Assembly: GCA_030390025.1 (NCBI GenBank)
Contig: JASTWF010000033.1
Location: 5,210,001 to 5,274,000, forward strand
Length of the DNA: 64,000 nt
Source of the DNA: Squalus acanthias
Taxonomy: Eukaryota
Direction of reading: 5' to 3'
Shown: positions 21,601 to 36,600 of the stretch, one piece after another
Layout: every line of letters starts with the position of its first letter
Numbering within the stretch: position 1 is the first letter of the stretch
Notes under the pieces: generated by a model
Database searches by the model: none
What the model was told of the DNA's origin: nothing
What the model saw: the letters and a program-made list of their open reading frames with translations, nothing else
Program-made: the position numbers and the translations under genes

Positions 21601-24600
21601 CACCAACCAGTAATGTTAGAGTAGATTCACCACCAGTAATGTTAGAGTAGTGTCACCATCAGTTATGTTAGAGTAGGGTCACCACCAGTAATGTTAGAGT
21701 AGGGTCACCACCAGTAATGTTAGAGTAGGGTCACCACCAGTAATGTTAGAGTAGTTTCACCACCAGTAATGTCAGAGTAGGATCATCACCAGTAATGTTA
21801 GAGTAGAGTCACCACCAGTAATGTTAGAGTAGGGTCACCACCAGTAATGTTAGAGTAGGTTTACCACCAGTAATGTTAGAGTAGCGTCACCACCAGTAAT
21901 GTTAGAGCAGCTTCACCAGCAGTAAAGTTGTTGTAGGGTTAACACCAGTAATGTTAGAGTAAGGTCACCACCAGTAATATTTGAGTACTGTCACCAGCAG
22001 TAATGTTAGAGTAGGGTCACCACCAGTAATATTACAGTTGGGTCACCACCAGTAATGTTAGAGTAGGGTCACCACCAGTAATGTTAGAGTAGGGTCACCA
22101 CCAGTAATATTAGAGTTGGGTCACCACCAGTAATATTAGAGTAGGGTCACCACAAGTAATATTAGAGTAGGGTCACCACCAGTAATGTTAGAGTTGGGTC
22201 ACCACCAGTAATGTTAGAGTTGGGTCACCAGCAGTAATGTTAGAGTAGTTTCAGCACCAGTATTGTTTAAGTCGGGTCACCAGCAGTAATGTTAGAGTAG
22301 GTTCACCACCAGTAATGTTACAGTAGAGTCACCACTAGTAATGTTAGAGTAGAGTCACCACCAGTAATATTTGAGTAGGTTCACCACCAGTAATGTTAGA
22401 GTAGGGTCTCCACCAGTAATGTCAGAGTAGGGTCACCACCAGTAATGTTACAGTAGAGTCACCACCAGTAATGTTAGAGTAAGGTCACCAGCAGTAATGT
22501 TAGAGTTGGGTCACCAGCAGTAATGTTAGAGTAGGGTCACCACCAGTAATGGTAGAGCAGGGTCACCAACATTAATGTTAGAGTAGGGTCACCAGCAGTA
22601 ATGTTAGAGTAGGGTCACCACCAGTAATGTTCGAGTAGGGTCAACACCAATAATGCTAGAGTAGTGTCACCACCAGTAATGTTAGAGTAGAGTCACTAGC
22701 AGTAATGTTTGAGTACTGTCACCACCAGTAATGTTACGGGAGGGTCACCACCAGTAATATTAGAGTAGGATCACCACCAGTAATGTTAGAGGAGTGTCAC
22801 CAGCAGTAATATTAGAGTAGTGTCACCACCAGTAATGTTCGAGTAGAGTCACCACCAGTAATGTTAGAGTAGGTTCAACACCAGTAATGTTAGAGTAGAG
22901 TCACCATCAGTTATGTTAGAGGTGGGTCACCACCAGTAATGATAGAGTAGGGTCACCAGCAGTAATGTTAGAGCAGGTTCACCACCAGTAATGTTAGAGT
23001 AGGTTTACCACCAGTAATGTTAGAGTAGGATCATCACCAGTAATGTTAGAGTAGAGACACCACCAGTAATGTTAGAGTAAGGTCACCACCAGTAATGTTA
23101 GAGTAGGGTCACCACCAGTAATATTAGAGTAGGGTCACCAGCAGTAATGTTAGAGTAGGTTCACCACCAGTAATGTTACAGTAGAGTCACCACTAGTAAT
23201 GTTAGAGTAGAGTCACCACCAGTAATATTTGAGTAGCTTCACCACCAGTAATGTTAGAGTAGGGTCTCCACCAGTAATGTCAGAGTAGGGTCACCACCAG
23301 TAATGTTAGAGTAAGGTCACCAGCAGTAATGTTAGAGTTGGGTCACCAGCAGTAATGTTAGAGTAGGGTCACCACCAGTAATGGTAGAGCAGGGTCACCA
23401 ACATTAATGTTAGAGTAGGGTCACCAGCAGTAATGTTAGAGTAGGGTCACCACCAGTAATGTTCGAGTAGGGTCAACACCAATAATGCTAGAGTAGTGTC
23501 ACCACCAGTAATGTTAGAGTAGAGTCACTAGCAGTAATGTTTGAGTACTGTCACCACCAGTAATGTTACAGGAGGGTCACCACCAGTAATGTTAGAGTAG
23601 GATCACCACCAGTAATGTTAGAGTAGGATCACCACCAGTAATGGAGAGTAGTGTCACCACCAGTAATGTTAGAGTAGGGTCTCCACCAGTAATGTAAGAG
23701 TAGACTCACCACAGTAATGGAGAGTAGGGTCACCACCAGTAATGTTTGATTAGTGTCACCACCAGTAATGTTTGAGTCGAGTCACCGCCAGTAATGTTAA
23801 ATTAGGGTCACCAGCAGTAATGTTTGAGGAGTGTCACCAGCAGTAATGTTAGAGTAGAGTCACCACCAGTAATGTTAGAGTAGGTTCAACACCAGTAATG
23901 TTAGAGTAGAGTCACCATCAGTAATGTTAGAGGTGGGTCACCACCAGTAATGATAGAGTAGGGTCACCAGCAGTAATGTTAGAGCAGGTTCACCACCAGT
24001 AATGTTAGAGTAGGTTTACCACCAGTAATGTTAGAGTAGGATCATCACCAGTAATGTTAGAGTAGAGACACCACCAGTAATGTTAGAGTAAGGTCACCAA
24101 CAGTAATGTTAGAGTAGGGTCACCACCAGTAATATTTGAGTACTTTCACCAGCAGTAATGTTAGAGTATGGTCACCACCAGTAATGTTAGTGTCTGGTCT
24201 CCACCAGTAATGATAGAGTAGAGTCACCGCAAGTAATGTTAGAGTAGAGCCTCCACCAGTAATATTTGAGTACTGTCACCAGCAGTAATGTTAGAGTATG
24301 GTCACCACCAGTAATGTTAGAGTAGGGTCACCACCAGTAATATTAGAGTAGGGTCACCACCAGTAATGTTAGATTGAGTCAGCACCAGTAATGTTAGAGT
24401 ATGGTCTCCACCAGTAATGTTGGAGTAGTGTCACCAGCAGTAATGTTAGAGTAGGTTCACCAGAAGTAATGTTAGAGTAGGGTCACCATCAGTAATGTTA
24501 GAGTAGGTGCACCAGAAGTACTGTTAGTGTAGGGTCGCCATCAGTAATGTTAGAGAAGGTTCACCACTAGTAATGTTAGAGTAGAGTCACCACTAGTAAT

Positions 24601-27600
24601 GTTAGAGTAGAGTCACTACCAGTAATGCTAGAGCAGGGTCACCAACATTAATGTTAGAGTAGGGTCACCAGCAATAATGTTAGAGTAGGGTCACCACCAG
24701 TAATGTTCGAGTAGGGTCAACACCAGTAATGCTAGAGTAGTGTCACCACCAGTAATGTTAGAGTAGATTCACTAGCATAATGTTTGAGTACTGTCACCAC
24801 CAGTAATGTTAGAGTAGGGTCTCCACCAGTAATGTTAGAGTATACTCACCACCAGTAATGGAGAGTAGGGTCACCAGCAGTAATGTTTGAGGAGTGTCAC
24901 CAGCAGTAATGTTAGAGTAGTGTCACCAGCAGTAATGTATCAGTAGTGTCACCAGCAGTAATGTTAGAGTAGAGTCACCAACAGTAATGTTAGAGTAGGT
25001 TCACCACCAGTAATGTTTCAGTAGTGTCACCAGCAGTAATGTTAGAGTAGAGTCACCATCAGTAATGTTAGAGTAGGTTCACCACTAGTAATGTTAGAGT
25101 AGAGTCACCAACCAGTAATCTTGGAGTAGATTCACCACCAGTAATGTTAGAGTAGAGTCACCAACCAGTAATCTTGGAGTAGATTCACCACCAGTAATGT
25201 TAGAGTAGAGTCACCATCAGTAATGTTAGAGTAGGTTCACCACTAGTAATGTTAGAGTAGAGTCACCAACCAGTAATCTTGGAGTAGATTCACCACCAGT
25301 AATGTTAGAGTAGATTCACCACCAGTAATGTTAGAGTAGGGTCACCACCAGTAATGTTAGAGTAGGGTCACCAGCAGTAATGTTAGAGTAGGGTCACCAG
25401 CAGTAATGTTAGAGCAGTTTCACCACCAGTAATGTGAGAGTAGAGTCACCACCAGTAATGTTAGAGTAGGTTCATCACCAGTAATGTTAGAGTAGGTTCA
25501 CCACCAGTAATGTTCGAGTTATGTCACCACCAGTAATGTTAGAGGAGGATCACCACCAGTAATGTTAGAGTAGGATCACCACCAGTAATGGAGAGTAGTG
25601 TCACCACCAATAATGTTTGATTAGAGTCACCACCAGTAATGTTTGAGTAGAGACACCGCCAGTAATGTTAAAGTAGGGTCACCAGCAGTAATGTTAGAGT
25701 TGGGTCACCAGCAGTAATGTTAGAGTAGTGTCACCACCAGTAATGTTACAGTAGAGTCACTACTAATGATGTTAGAGTAGAGTCACCACCAGTAATATTT
25801 GAGTAGGTTCACCACCAGTAATGCTAGAGTAGTGTCACCACCAGTAATGTTAGAGTAGATTCACTAGCATAATGTTTGAGTACTGTCACCACCAGTAATG
25901 TTAGAGGAGGGTCACCACCAGTAATGTTAGAGTCGGGTCTCCACCAGTAATGTTAGAGTATACTCACCACCAGTAATAGAGAGTAGGGTCAGCACCAGTA
26001 ATGTTTGATTAGTGTCACCGCCAGTAATGTTAAAGTAGGGTCACCAGCAGTAATGTTAGAGTAGGGTCACCAACAGTAATATTTGAGAACTGTCACCAGC
26101 AGTAATGTTAGAGTATGGTCACCACCAGTAATGTTAGAGTAGGGTCACCACCAGTAATATTAGAGTAGGGTCACCATCAGTAATGTTAGAGTAGGGTCAC
26201 CGCCAGTAATGTTAGAGTGAGTCACCGCCAGTAATGTTAGAGTAGGTTCATCACCAGTAATGTTAGTGTATGGTCTCCACCAGTAATGATAGAGTAGAGT
26301 CACCGCAAGTAATGTTAGAGTAGAGTCTCCACCAGTAATATTTGAGTACTGTCACCAGCAGTAATGTTAGAGTATGGTCACCACCAGTAATGTTAGAGTA
26401 GAGTCACCACCAGTAAAATTAGAGCTGGGTCAGCACCAGTAATATTAGAGCAGGTTCATCACCAGTAATGTTAGAGTATGGTCTCCACCAGTAATGTTAG
26501 AGTGCGTCAGCACCAGTAATGTTAGAGTAGGTTCATCACCAGTAATGTTAGAGTATGGTCTCCACCAGTAATGTTAGAGTAGTGTCACCTGCAGTAATGT
26601 TAGAGTAGGTTCACCAGAAGTAATGTTAGAGTAGGGTCACCATCAGTAATGTTAGAGTAGGTGCACCAGAAGTACTGTTAGAGTAGGGTCACCATCAGTA
26701 ATGTTAAAGTTGGTTCACCACTAGTAAAGTTAGAGTAGTGTCACCACTAGTAATGTTAAAGTAGAGTCACGACCAGTAATGCTAGAGTAGGTTCACCAGC
26801 AGTAATGTTAGAGTAGAGTCACTCGCAGTAATGTTAGAGTAGGGTCACCACCAGTAATGTTCGAGTAGGGTCACCACCAATAATGCAAGAGTAGCGTCAC
26901 CACCAGTAATGTTAGAGTAGAGTCACTAGCTGTAATGTTTGAGTACTGTCACCACCAGTAATGTTAGAGGATGGTCACCACCAGTAATGTTAGAGTAGGA
27001 TCACCACCAGTAATGTTAGAGTAGGATCACTACCAGTAATGGAGAGTAGTGTCACCACCAGTAATGTTAGAGTAGGGTCTCCACCAGTAATGTTAGAGTA
27101 GACTCACCACCAGTAATGGAGAGTAGGGTCACCACCAGTAATGTTTGATTAGTGTCTCCATCAGTAATGTTTGAGTAGAGACACCGCCAGTAATGTTTCA
27201 GTAGTGTCACCAGCAGTAATGTAAGAGTAGAGTCACCATCAGCAATGTTAGAGTAGGTTCACCGCTAGTAATGTTAGAGTAGAGTCACCAACCAATAATG
27301 TTGGAGTAGATTCACCACCAGTAATGTTAGAGTAGAGTCACCATCAGTAATGTTAGAGTAGGGTCACCAGCAGTAATGTTAGAGCAGGTTCACCACCAGT
27401 AATGTTAGAGTAGAGTCACCACCAGTAATGTTAGAGTAGGGTCACCACCAGTAATGTTAGAGTAGGTTCACCACCAGTAATGTTAGAGTAGGTTCACCAC
27501 CAGTAATGTTAGAGTAGGATCATCACCAGTAATGTTAGAGTTATGTCACCACCAGTAATGTTAGAGTAGAGTCCCCACCAGTAATATTTGAGTGGGTTCA

Positions 27601-30600
27601 CCAGCAGTAAAGTTGGAAAGGGTTACCACCAGTAATGTTAGAGTAGATTCACTAGCATAATGTTTGAGTACTGTCACCACCCGTAATGTTAGAGTAGGGT
27701 CTCCACCAGTAATGTTAGAGTATACTCACCACCAGTAATGGAGAGTAGGGTCACCAGCAGTAATGTTTGAGGAGTGTCACCAGCAGTAATGTTAGAGTAG
27801 TGTCACCAGCAGTAATGTATCAGTAGTGTCACCAGCAGTAATGTTAGAGTAGAGTCACCAACAGTAATGTTAGAGTAGGTTCACCACCAGTAATGTTTCA
27901 GTAGTGTCACCAGCAGTAATGTTAGAGTAGAGTCACCATCAGTAATGTTAGAGTAGGTTCACCACTAGTAATGTTAGAGTAGAGTCACCAACCAGTAATC
28001 TTGGAGTAGATTCACCACCAGTAATGTTAGAGTAGAGTCACCAACCAGTAATCTTGGAGTAGATTCACCACCAGTAATGTTAGAGTAGAGTCACCATCAG
28101 TAATGTTAGAGTAGGTTCACCACTAGTAATGTTAGAGTAGAGTCACCAACCAGTAATCTTGGAGTAGATTCACCACCAGTAATGTTAGAGTAGATTCACC
28201 ACCAGTAATGTTAGAGTAGGGTCACCACCAGTAATGTTAGAGTAGGGTCACCAGCAGTAATGTTAGAGTAGGGTCACCAGCAGTAATGTTAGAGCAGGTT
28301 CACCACCAGTAATGTTAGAGTAGAGTCACCACCAGTAATGTTAGAGTAGGTTCACCACCAGTAATGTTAGAGTAGGATCATCACCAGTAATGTTCGAGTT
28401 ATGTCACCACCAGTAATGTTAGAGGAGGATCACCACCAGTAATGTTAGAGTAGGATCACCACCAGTAATGGAGAGTAGTGTCACCACCAATAATGTTTGA
28501 TTAGAGTCACCACCAGTAATGTTTGAGTAGAGACACCGCCAGTAATGTTAAAGTAGGGTCACCAGCAGTAATGTTAGAGTTGGGTCACCAGCAGTAATGT
28601 TAGAGTAGTGTCACCACCAGTAATGTTACAGTAGAGTCACTACTAATGATGTTAGAGTAGAGTCACCACCAGTAATATTTGAGTAGGTTCACCACCAGTA
28701 ATGCTAGAGTAGTGTCACCACCAGTAATGTTAGAGTAGATTCACTAGCATAATGTTTGAGTACTGTCACCACCAGTAATGTTAGAGGAGGGTCACCACCA
28801 GTAATGTTAGAGTCGGGTCTCCACCAGTAATGTTAGAGTATACTCACCACCAGTAATAGAGAGTAGGGTCAGCACCAGTAATGTTTGATTCGTGTCACCG
28901 CCAGTAATGTTAAAGTAGGGTCACCAGCAGTAATGTTTGAGGAGTGTCACCAGCAGTAATGTTAGAGTAGGTTCACCACCAGTAATGTATCAGTAGTGTC
29001 ACCAGCAGTAATGTTAGAGTAGAGTCACCATCAGTAATGTTAGAGTAGGTTCACCACTAGTAATGTTAGAGTAGAGTCACCAACCAGTAATCTTGGAGTA
29101 GATTCACCACCAGTAATGTTAGAGTAGAGTCACCATCAGTAATGTTAGAGTAGGGTCACCACCAGAAATGTTAGAGTAGGGTCACCAGCAGTAATGTTAG
29201 AGCAGGTTCACCACCAGTAATGTTAGAGTAGAGTCACCAGCAGTAATGTTAGAGTAGGGTCACCACCAGTAATGTTAGAGTAGGTTCAACACCAGTAATG
29301 TTAGAGTAGGTTCACCACCAGTAATGTTAGAGTAGGATCATCACCAGTAATGTTCGAGTTATGTCACCACCAGTAATGTTAGAGGAGGGTCACCACCAGT
29401 AATGTTAGAGTAGGATCACCACCAGTAATGTTAGAGTAGGATCACCACCAGTAATGGAGAGTAGTGTCACCACCAATAATGTTTGATTAGAGTCACCACC
29501 AGTAATGTTTGAGTAGAGACACCGCCAGTAATGTTAAAGTAGGGTCACCAGCAGTAATGTTTGAGGAGTGTCACCAGCAGTAATGTTAGAGTAGTGTCAC
29601 CAGCAGTAATGTTAGAGTAGGTTTACCACCAGTAATGTTTCAGTAGTGTCACCACCAGTAACGTTAGAGTAGAGTCACCATCAGTAATGTTACAGTAGGG
29701 TCACCAGCAGTAATGTTAGAGTTGGGTCACCAGCAGTAATGTTAGAGTAGGTTCACCACCAGTAATGTTAGAGTAGTGTCACCACCAGTAATGTTACAGT
29801 AGAGTCACTACTAATGATGTTAGAGTAGAGTCACCACCAGTAATATTTGAGTAGGTTCACCACCAGTAATGTTAGAGTAGGGTCTCCACCAGTAATGTTA
29901 GAGTAGGGTCAACACCAGTAATGTTAGAGTAGAGACACCATCAGTAATGTTAGAGTAGGGTCACCACCTGTAATGATAGAGTAGGGTCACCAGTAGTAAT
30001 GTTAGAGCAGGTTCACTACCAGTAATGTTGGAGTAGGTTCAACACCAGTAATGTTAGAGTAGGATCATCACCAGTAATGTTAGAGTAAGGTCACCACCAG
30101 TAATGTTAGAGGAGGTTCACCACCGGTAATGTTAGAGTAGGGTAACCACTAGTAATGTTAGAGTAGTGTCACCAGCAGTAATGTTAGTGTAGACTCACCA
30201 CCAGTAATATTTGAGTTGGTTCACCAGCAGTAAAGTTGGAGTTGGGTTACCACCAGCAATGTTAGAGTAGGGTCACCACCAGTAATGTTAGAGTAGGGTC
30301 ACCAACAGTAATATTTGAGAACTGTCACCAGCAGTAATGTTAGAGTATGGTCACCACCAGTAATGTTAGAGTAGGGTCACCACCAGTAATATTAGAGTAG
30401 GGTCACCATCAGTAATGTTAGAGTAGGGTCACCGCCAGTAATGTTAGAGTGAGTCACCGCCAGTAATGTTAGAGTAGGTTCATCACCAGTAATGTTAGTG
30501 TATGGTCTCCACCAGTAATGATAGAGTAGAGTCACCGCAAGTAATGTTAGAGTAGAGTCTCCACCAGTAATATTTGAGTACTGTCACCAGCAGTAATGTT

Positions 30601-33600
30601 AGAGTATGGTCACCACCAGTAATGTTAGAGTAGAGTCACCACCAGTAAAATTAGAGCTGGGTCAGCACCAGTAATATTAGAGCAGGTTCATCACCAGTAA
30701 TGTTAGAGTATGGTCTCCACCAGTAATGTTAAAGTGCGTCAGCACCAGTAATGTTAGAGTAGGTTCATCACCAGTAATGTTAGAGTATGGTCTCCACCAG
30801 TAATGTTAGAGTAGTGTCACCTGCAGTAATGTTAGAGTAGGTTCACCAGAAGTAATGTTAGAGTAGGGTCACCATCAGTAATGTTAGAGTAGGTGCACCA
30901 GAAGTACTGTTAGAGTAGGGTCACCATCAGTAATGTTAAAGTTGGTTCACCACTAGTAAAGTTAGAGTAGTGTCACCACTAGTAATGTTAAAGTAGAGTC
31001 ACGACCAGTAATGCTAGAGTAGGTTCACCAGCAGTAATGTTAGAGTAGAGTCACTCGCAGTAATGTTAGAGTAGGGTCACCACCAGTAATGTTCGAGTAG
31101 GGTCACCACCAATAATGCAAGAGTAGCGTCACCACCAGTAATGTTAGAGTAGAGTCACTAGCTGTAATGTTTGAGTACTGTCACCACCAGTAATGTTAGA
31201 GGATGGTCACCACCAGTAATGTTAGAGTAGGATCACCACCAGTAATGTTAGAGTAGGATCACTACCAGTAATGGAGAGTAGTGTCACCACCAGTAATGTT
31301 AGAGTAGGGTCTCCACCAGTAATGTTAGAGTAGACTCACCACCAGTAATGGAGAGTAGGGTCACCACCAGTAATGTTTGATTAGTGTCTCCATCAGTAAT
31401 GTTTGAGTAGAGACACCGCCAGTAATGTTTCAGTAGTGTCACCAGCAGTAATGTAAGAGTAGAGTCACCATCAGCAATGTTAGAGTAGGTTCACCGCTAG
31501 TAATGTTAGAGTAGAGTCACCAACCAATAATGTTGGAGTAGATTCACCACCAGTAATGTTAGAGTAGAGTCACCATCAGTAATGTTAGAGTAGGGTCACC
31601 AGCAGTAATGTTAGAGCAGGTTCACCACCAGTAATGTTAGAGTAGAGTCACCACCAGTAATGTTAGAGTAGGGTCACCACCAGTAATGTTAGAGTAGGTT
31701 CACCACCAGTAATGTTAGAGTAGGTTCACCACCAGTAATGTTAGAGTAGGATCATCACCAGTAATGTTAGAGTTATGTCACCACCAGTAATGTTAGAGTA
31801 GAGTCCCCACCAGTAATATTTGAGTGGGTTCACCAGCAGTAAAGTTGGAAAGGGTTACCACCAGTAATGTTAGTGTAGGGTCACCACCAGTAATGTTAGA
31901 GTAGGGTCACCACCAGTAATGTTTGAGTACTGTCACCAGCAGTAATGTTAGAGTATGGTCACCAGCAGTAATGTTAGAGTAGAGTCACCACCAGTAAAAT
32001 TAGAGTTGGGTCAGCACCAGTAATATTAGAGCAGGTTCATCACCAGTAATGTTAGAGTATGGTCTCCACCAGTAATGTTAGAGTGAGTCAGCACCAGTAA
32101 TGTTAGAGTAGGTTCATCACCAGTAATGTTAGAGTATGGTCTCCACCAGTAATGTTAGAGTAGTGTCACCTGCAGTAATGTTAGAGTAGGTGCACCAGAA
32201 GTACTGTTAGAGTAGGGTCACCATCAGTAATGTTAAAGTTGGTTCACCACTAGTAAAGTTAGAGTAGTGTCACCACTAGTAATGTTAAAGTAGAGTCACG
32301 ACCAGTAATGCTAGAGTAGGTTCACCAGCAGTAATGTTAGAGTAGAGTCACTCGCAGTAATGTTAGAGTAGGGTCACCACCAGTAATGTTCGAGTAGGGT
32401 CACCACCAATAATGCAAGAGTAGTGTCACCACCAGTAATGTTAGAGTAGGGTCTCCACCAGTAATGTTAGAGTAGACTCACCACCAGTAATGGAGAGTAG
32501 GGTCACCACCAGTAATGTTTGATTAGTGTGTCCATCAGTAATGTTTGAGTAGAGACACCGCCAGTAATGTTTCAGTAGTGTCACCAGCAGTAAAGTTAGA
32601 GTAGAGTCACCATCAATTATGTTAGAGTAGGTTCACCGCTAGTAATGTTAGAGTAGAGTCACCAACCAGAAATGTTGGAGTAGATTCACCATCAGTAATG
32701 TTAGAGTAGGGTCACCACCAGTAATGTTAAAGTAGGGTCACCAGCAGTAATGTTAGAGTAGAATCACCACCAGTAATCTTAGAGTAGGTTCACCACCAGT
32801 AATGTTAGAGTAGTGTCACCACCAGTAATGTTACAGTAGAGTCACTACTAATGATGTTAGAGTAGAGTCACCACCAGTAATATTTGAGTAGGTTCACCAC
32901 CAGTAATGTTAGAGTAGGGTCTCCACCAGTAATGTTAGAGTAGGGTCACCACCTGTAATGATAGACAAGGATCACCAGTAGTAATGTTAGAGCAGGTTCA
33001 CTACCAGTAATGTTGGAGTAGGTTCAACACCAGTAATGTTAGAGTAGGATCATCACCAGTAATGTTAGAGTAAGGTCACCACCAGTAATGTTAGAGGAGG
33101 TTCACCACCGGTAATGTTAGAGTAGGGTAACCACTAGTAATGTTAGAGTAGGGTCACCAGCAGTAATGTTAGTGTAGACTCACCACCAGTAATATTTGAG
33201 TTGGTTCACCAGCAGTAAAGTTGGAGTTGGGTTACCACCAGCAATGTTAGAGTAGGGTCAGCAGCAGTAATGTTAGAGTAGGGTCACCAACAGTAATATT
33301 TGAGAACTGTCACCAGCAGTAATGTTAGAGTATGGTCACCACCAGTAATGTTAGAGTAGGGTCACCACCAGTAATATTAGAGTAGGGTCACCATCAGTAA
33401 TGTTAGAGTAGGGTCACCGCCAGTAATGTTAGAGTGAGTCACCGCCAGTAATGTTAGAGTAGGTTCATCACCAGTAATGTTAGTGTATGGTCTCCACCAG
33501 TAATGATAGAGTAGAGTCACCGCAAGTAATGTTAGAGTAGAGTCTCCACCAGTAATATTTGAGTACTGTCACCAGCAGTAATGTTAGAGTATGGTCACCA

Positions 33601-36600
33601 CCAGTAATGTTAGAGTAGAGTCACCACCAGTAAAATTAGAGCTGGGTCAGCACCAGTAATATTAGAGCAGGTTCATCACCAGTAATGTTAGAGTATGGTC
33701 TCCACCAGTAATGTTAGAGTGCGTCAGCACCAGTAATGTTAGAGTAGGTTCATCACCAGTCATGTTAGAGTATGGTCTCCACCAGTAATGTTAGAGTAGT
33801 GTCACCTGCAGTAATGTTAGAGTAGGTTCACCAGAAGTAATGTTAGAGTAGGGTCACCATCAGTAATGTTAGAGTAGGTGCACCAGAAGTACTGTTAGAG
33901 TAGGGTCACCATCAGTAATGTTAAAGTTGGTTCACCACTAGTAAAGTTAGAGTAGTGTCACCACTAGTAATGTTAAAGTAGAGTCACGACCAGTAATGCT
34001 AGAGTAGGTTCACCAGCAGTAATGTTAGAGTAGAGTCACTCGCAGTAATGTTAGAGTAGGGTCACCACCAGTAATGTTCGAGTAGGGTCACCACCAATAA
34101 TGCAAGAGTAGCGTCACCACCAGTAATGTTAGAGTAGAGTCACTAGCTGTAATGTTTGAGTACTGTCACCACCAGTAATGTTAGAGGATGGTCACCACCA
34201 GTAATGTTAGAGTACGATCACCACCAGTAATGTTAGAGTAGGATCACTACCAGTAATGGAGAGTAGTGTCACCACCAGTAATGTTAGAGTAGGGTCTCCA
34301 CCAGTAATGTTAGAGTAGACTCACCACCAGTAATGGAGAGTAGGGTCACCACCAGTAATGTTTGATTAGTGTCTCCATCAGTAATGTTTGAGTACAGACA
34401 CCGCCAGTAATGTTTCAGTAGTGTCACCAGCAGTAATGTAAGAGTAGAGTCACCATCAGCAATGTTAGAGTAGGTTCACCGCTAGTAATGTTAGAGTAGA
34501 GTCACCAACCAATAATGTTGGAGTAGATTCACCACCAGTAATGTTAGAGTAGAGTCACCATCAGTAATGTTAGAGTAGGGTCACCAGCAGTAATGTTAGA
34601 GCAGGTTCACCACCAGTAATGTTAGAGTAGAGTCACCACCAGTAATGTTAGAGTAGGGTCACCACCAGTAATGTTAGAGTAGGTTCACCACCAGTAATGT
34701 TAGAGTAGGTTCACCACCAGTAATGTTAGAGTAGGATCATCACCAGTAATGTTAGAGTTATGTCACCACCAGTAATGTTAGAGTAGAGTCCCCACCAGTA
34801 ATATTTGAGTGGGTTCACCAGCAGTAAAGTTGGAAAGGGTTACCACCAGTAATGTTAGTGTAGGGTCACCACCAGTAATGTTAGAGTAGGGTCACCACCA
34901 GTAATGTTTGAGTACTGTCACCAGCAGTAATGTTAGAGTATGGTCACCAGCAGTAATGTTAGAGTAGAGTCACCACCAGTAAAATTAGAGTTGGGTCAGC
35001 ACCAGTAATATTAGAGCAGGTTCATCACCAGTAATGTTAGAGTATGGTCTCCACCAGTAATGTTAGAGTGAGTCAGCACCAGTAATGTTAGAGTAGGTTC
35101 ATCACCAGTAATGTTAGAGTATGGTCTCCACCAGTAATGTTAGAGTAGTGTCACCTGCAGTAATGTTAGAGTAGGTGCACCAGAAGTACTGTTAGAGTAG
35201 GGTCACCATCAGTAATGTTAAAGTTGGTTCACCACTAGTAAAGTTAGAGTAGTGTCACCACTAGTAATGTTAAAGTAGAGTCACGACCAGTAATGCTAGA
35301 GTAGGTTCACCAGCAGTAATGTTAGAGTAGAGTCACTCGCAGTAATGTTAGAGTAGGGTCACCACCAGTAATGTTCGAGTAGGGTCACCACCAATAATGC
35401 AAGAGTAGTGTCACCACCAGTAATGTTAGAGTAGGGTCTCCACCAGTAATGTTAGAGTCGACTCACCACCAGTAATGGAGAGTAGGGTCACCACCAGTAA
35501 TGTTTGATTAGTGTGTCCATCAGTAATGTTTGAGTAGAGACACCGCCAGTAATGTTTCAGTAGTGTCACCAGCAGTAAAGTTAGAGTAGAGTCACCATCA
35601 GTAATGTTAGAGTAGGTTCACCGCTAGTAATGTTAGAGTAGAGTCACCAACCAGAAATGTTGGAGTAGATTCACCATCAGTAATGTTAGAGTAGGGTCAC
35701 CACCAGTAATGTTAAAGTAGGGTCACCAGCAGTAATGTTAGAGTAGGGTCACCAGCAGTAATGTTAGAGCAGGTTCACCACCAGTAATGTTAGAGTAGAG
35801 TCACCACCAGTAATGTTAGTGTAGGGTCACCACCAGTAATGTTAGAGTAGGTTCACCACCAGTAATGTTAGAGTAGGTTCACCACCAGTAATGTTAGAGT
35901 AGGATCATCACCAGTAATGTTAGAGTTATGTCACCACCAGTAATGTTAGAGTAGAGTCCCCACCAGTAATATTTGAGTGGGTTCACCAGCAGTAAAGTTG
36001 GAAAGGGTTACCACCAGTAATGTTTGTGTAGGGTCACCACCAGTAATGTTAGAGTAGGGTCACCACCAGTAATGTTAGTGTAGGGTCACCACCAGTAATG
36101 GTGGAGTAGGGTCACCACCAGTAATAATTGAGTAATGTCACCAGCAGTAGTGTTAGATTATGGTCACCACCAGTAATGTTAGAATAGGTGCACCAGATGT
36201 AGTGTTAGAGTAGGGTCACCATCAGTAATGTTAGAGTAGGGTCACCACCAGTAATGTTAGTGTAGAGTCACCACTAGTAATGTTAGAGTAGAGTCACTAG
36301 CAGTAATGTTTGAGTACTGTCACCACCAGTAATGTTAGAGGAGGATCAACACCAGTAATGTTAGAGTAGGTTCACCACCAGTAATGGAGAGTAGACTCAC
36401 CACCAGTAATGGAGAGTAGAGTCACATCCAGTAATGTTTGATTAGTGTCACCACCAGTGATGTTTGTGTAGAGACACCGCCAGTAATGTTACAGTAGGGT
36501 CACCAGCAGTAATGTTAGAATAGGTTCACCACCAGTAATGTTAGAGTAGAGTCACCAACCAGTAATGTTAGAGTAGATTCACCACCAGTAAAGTTAGAGT

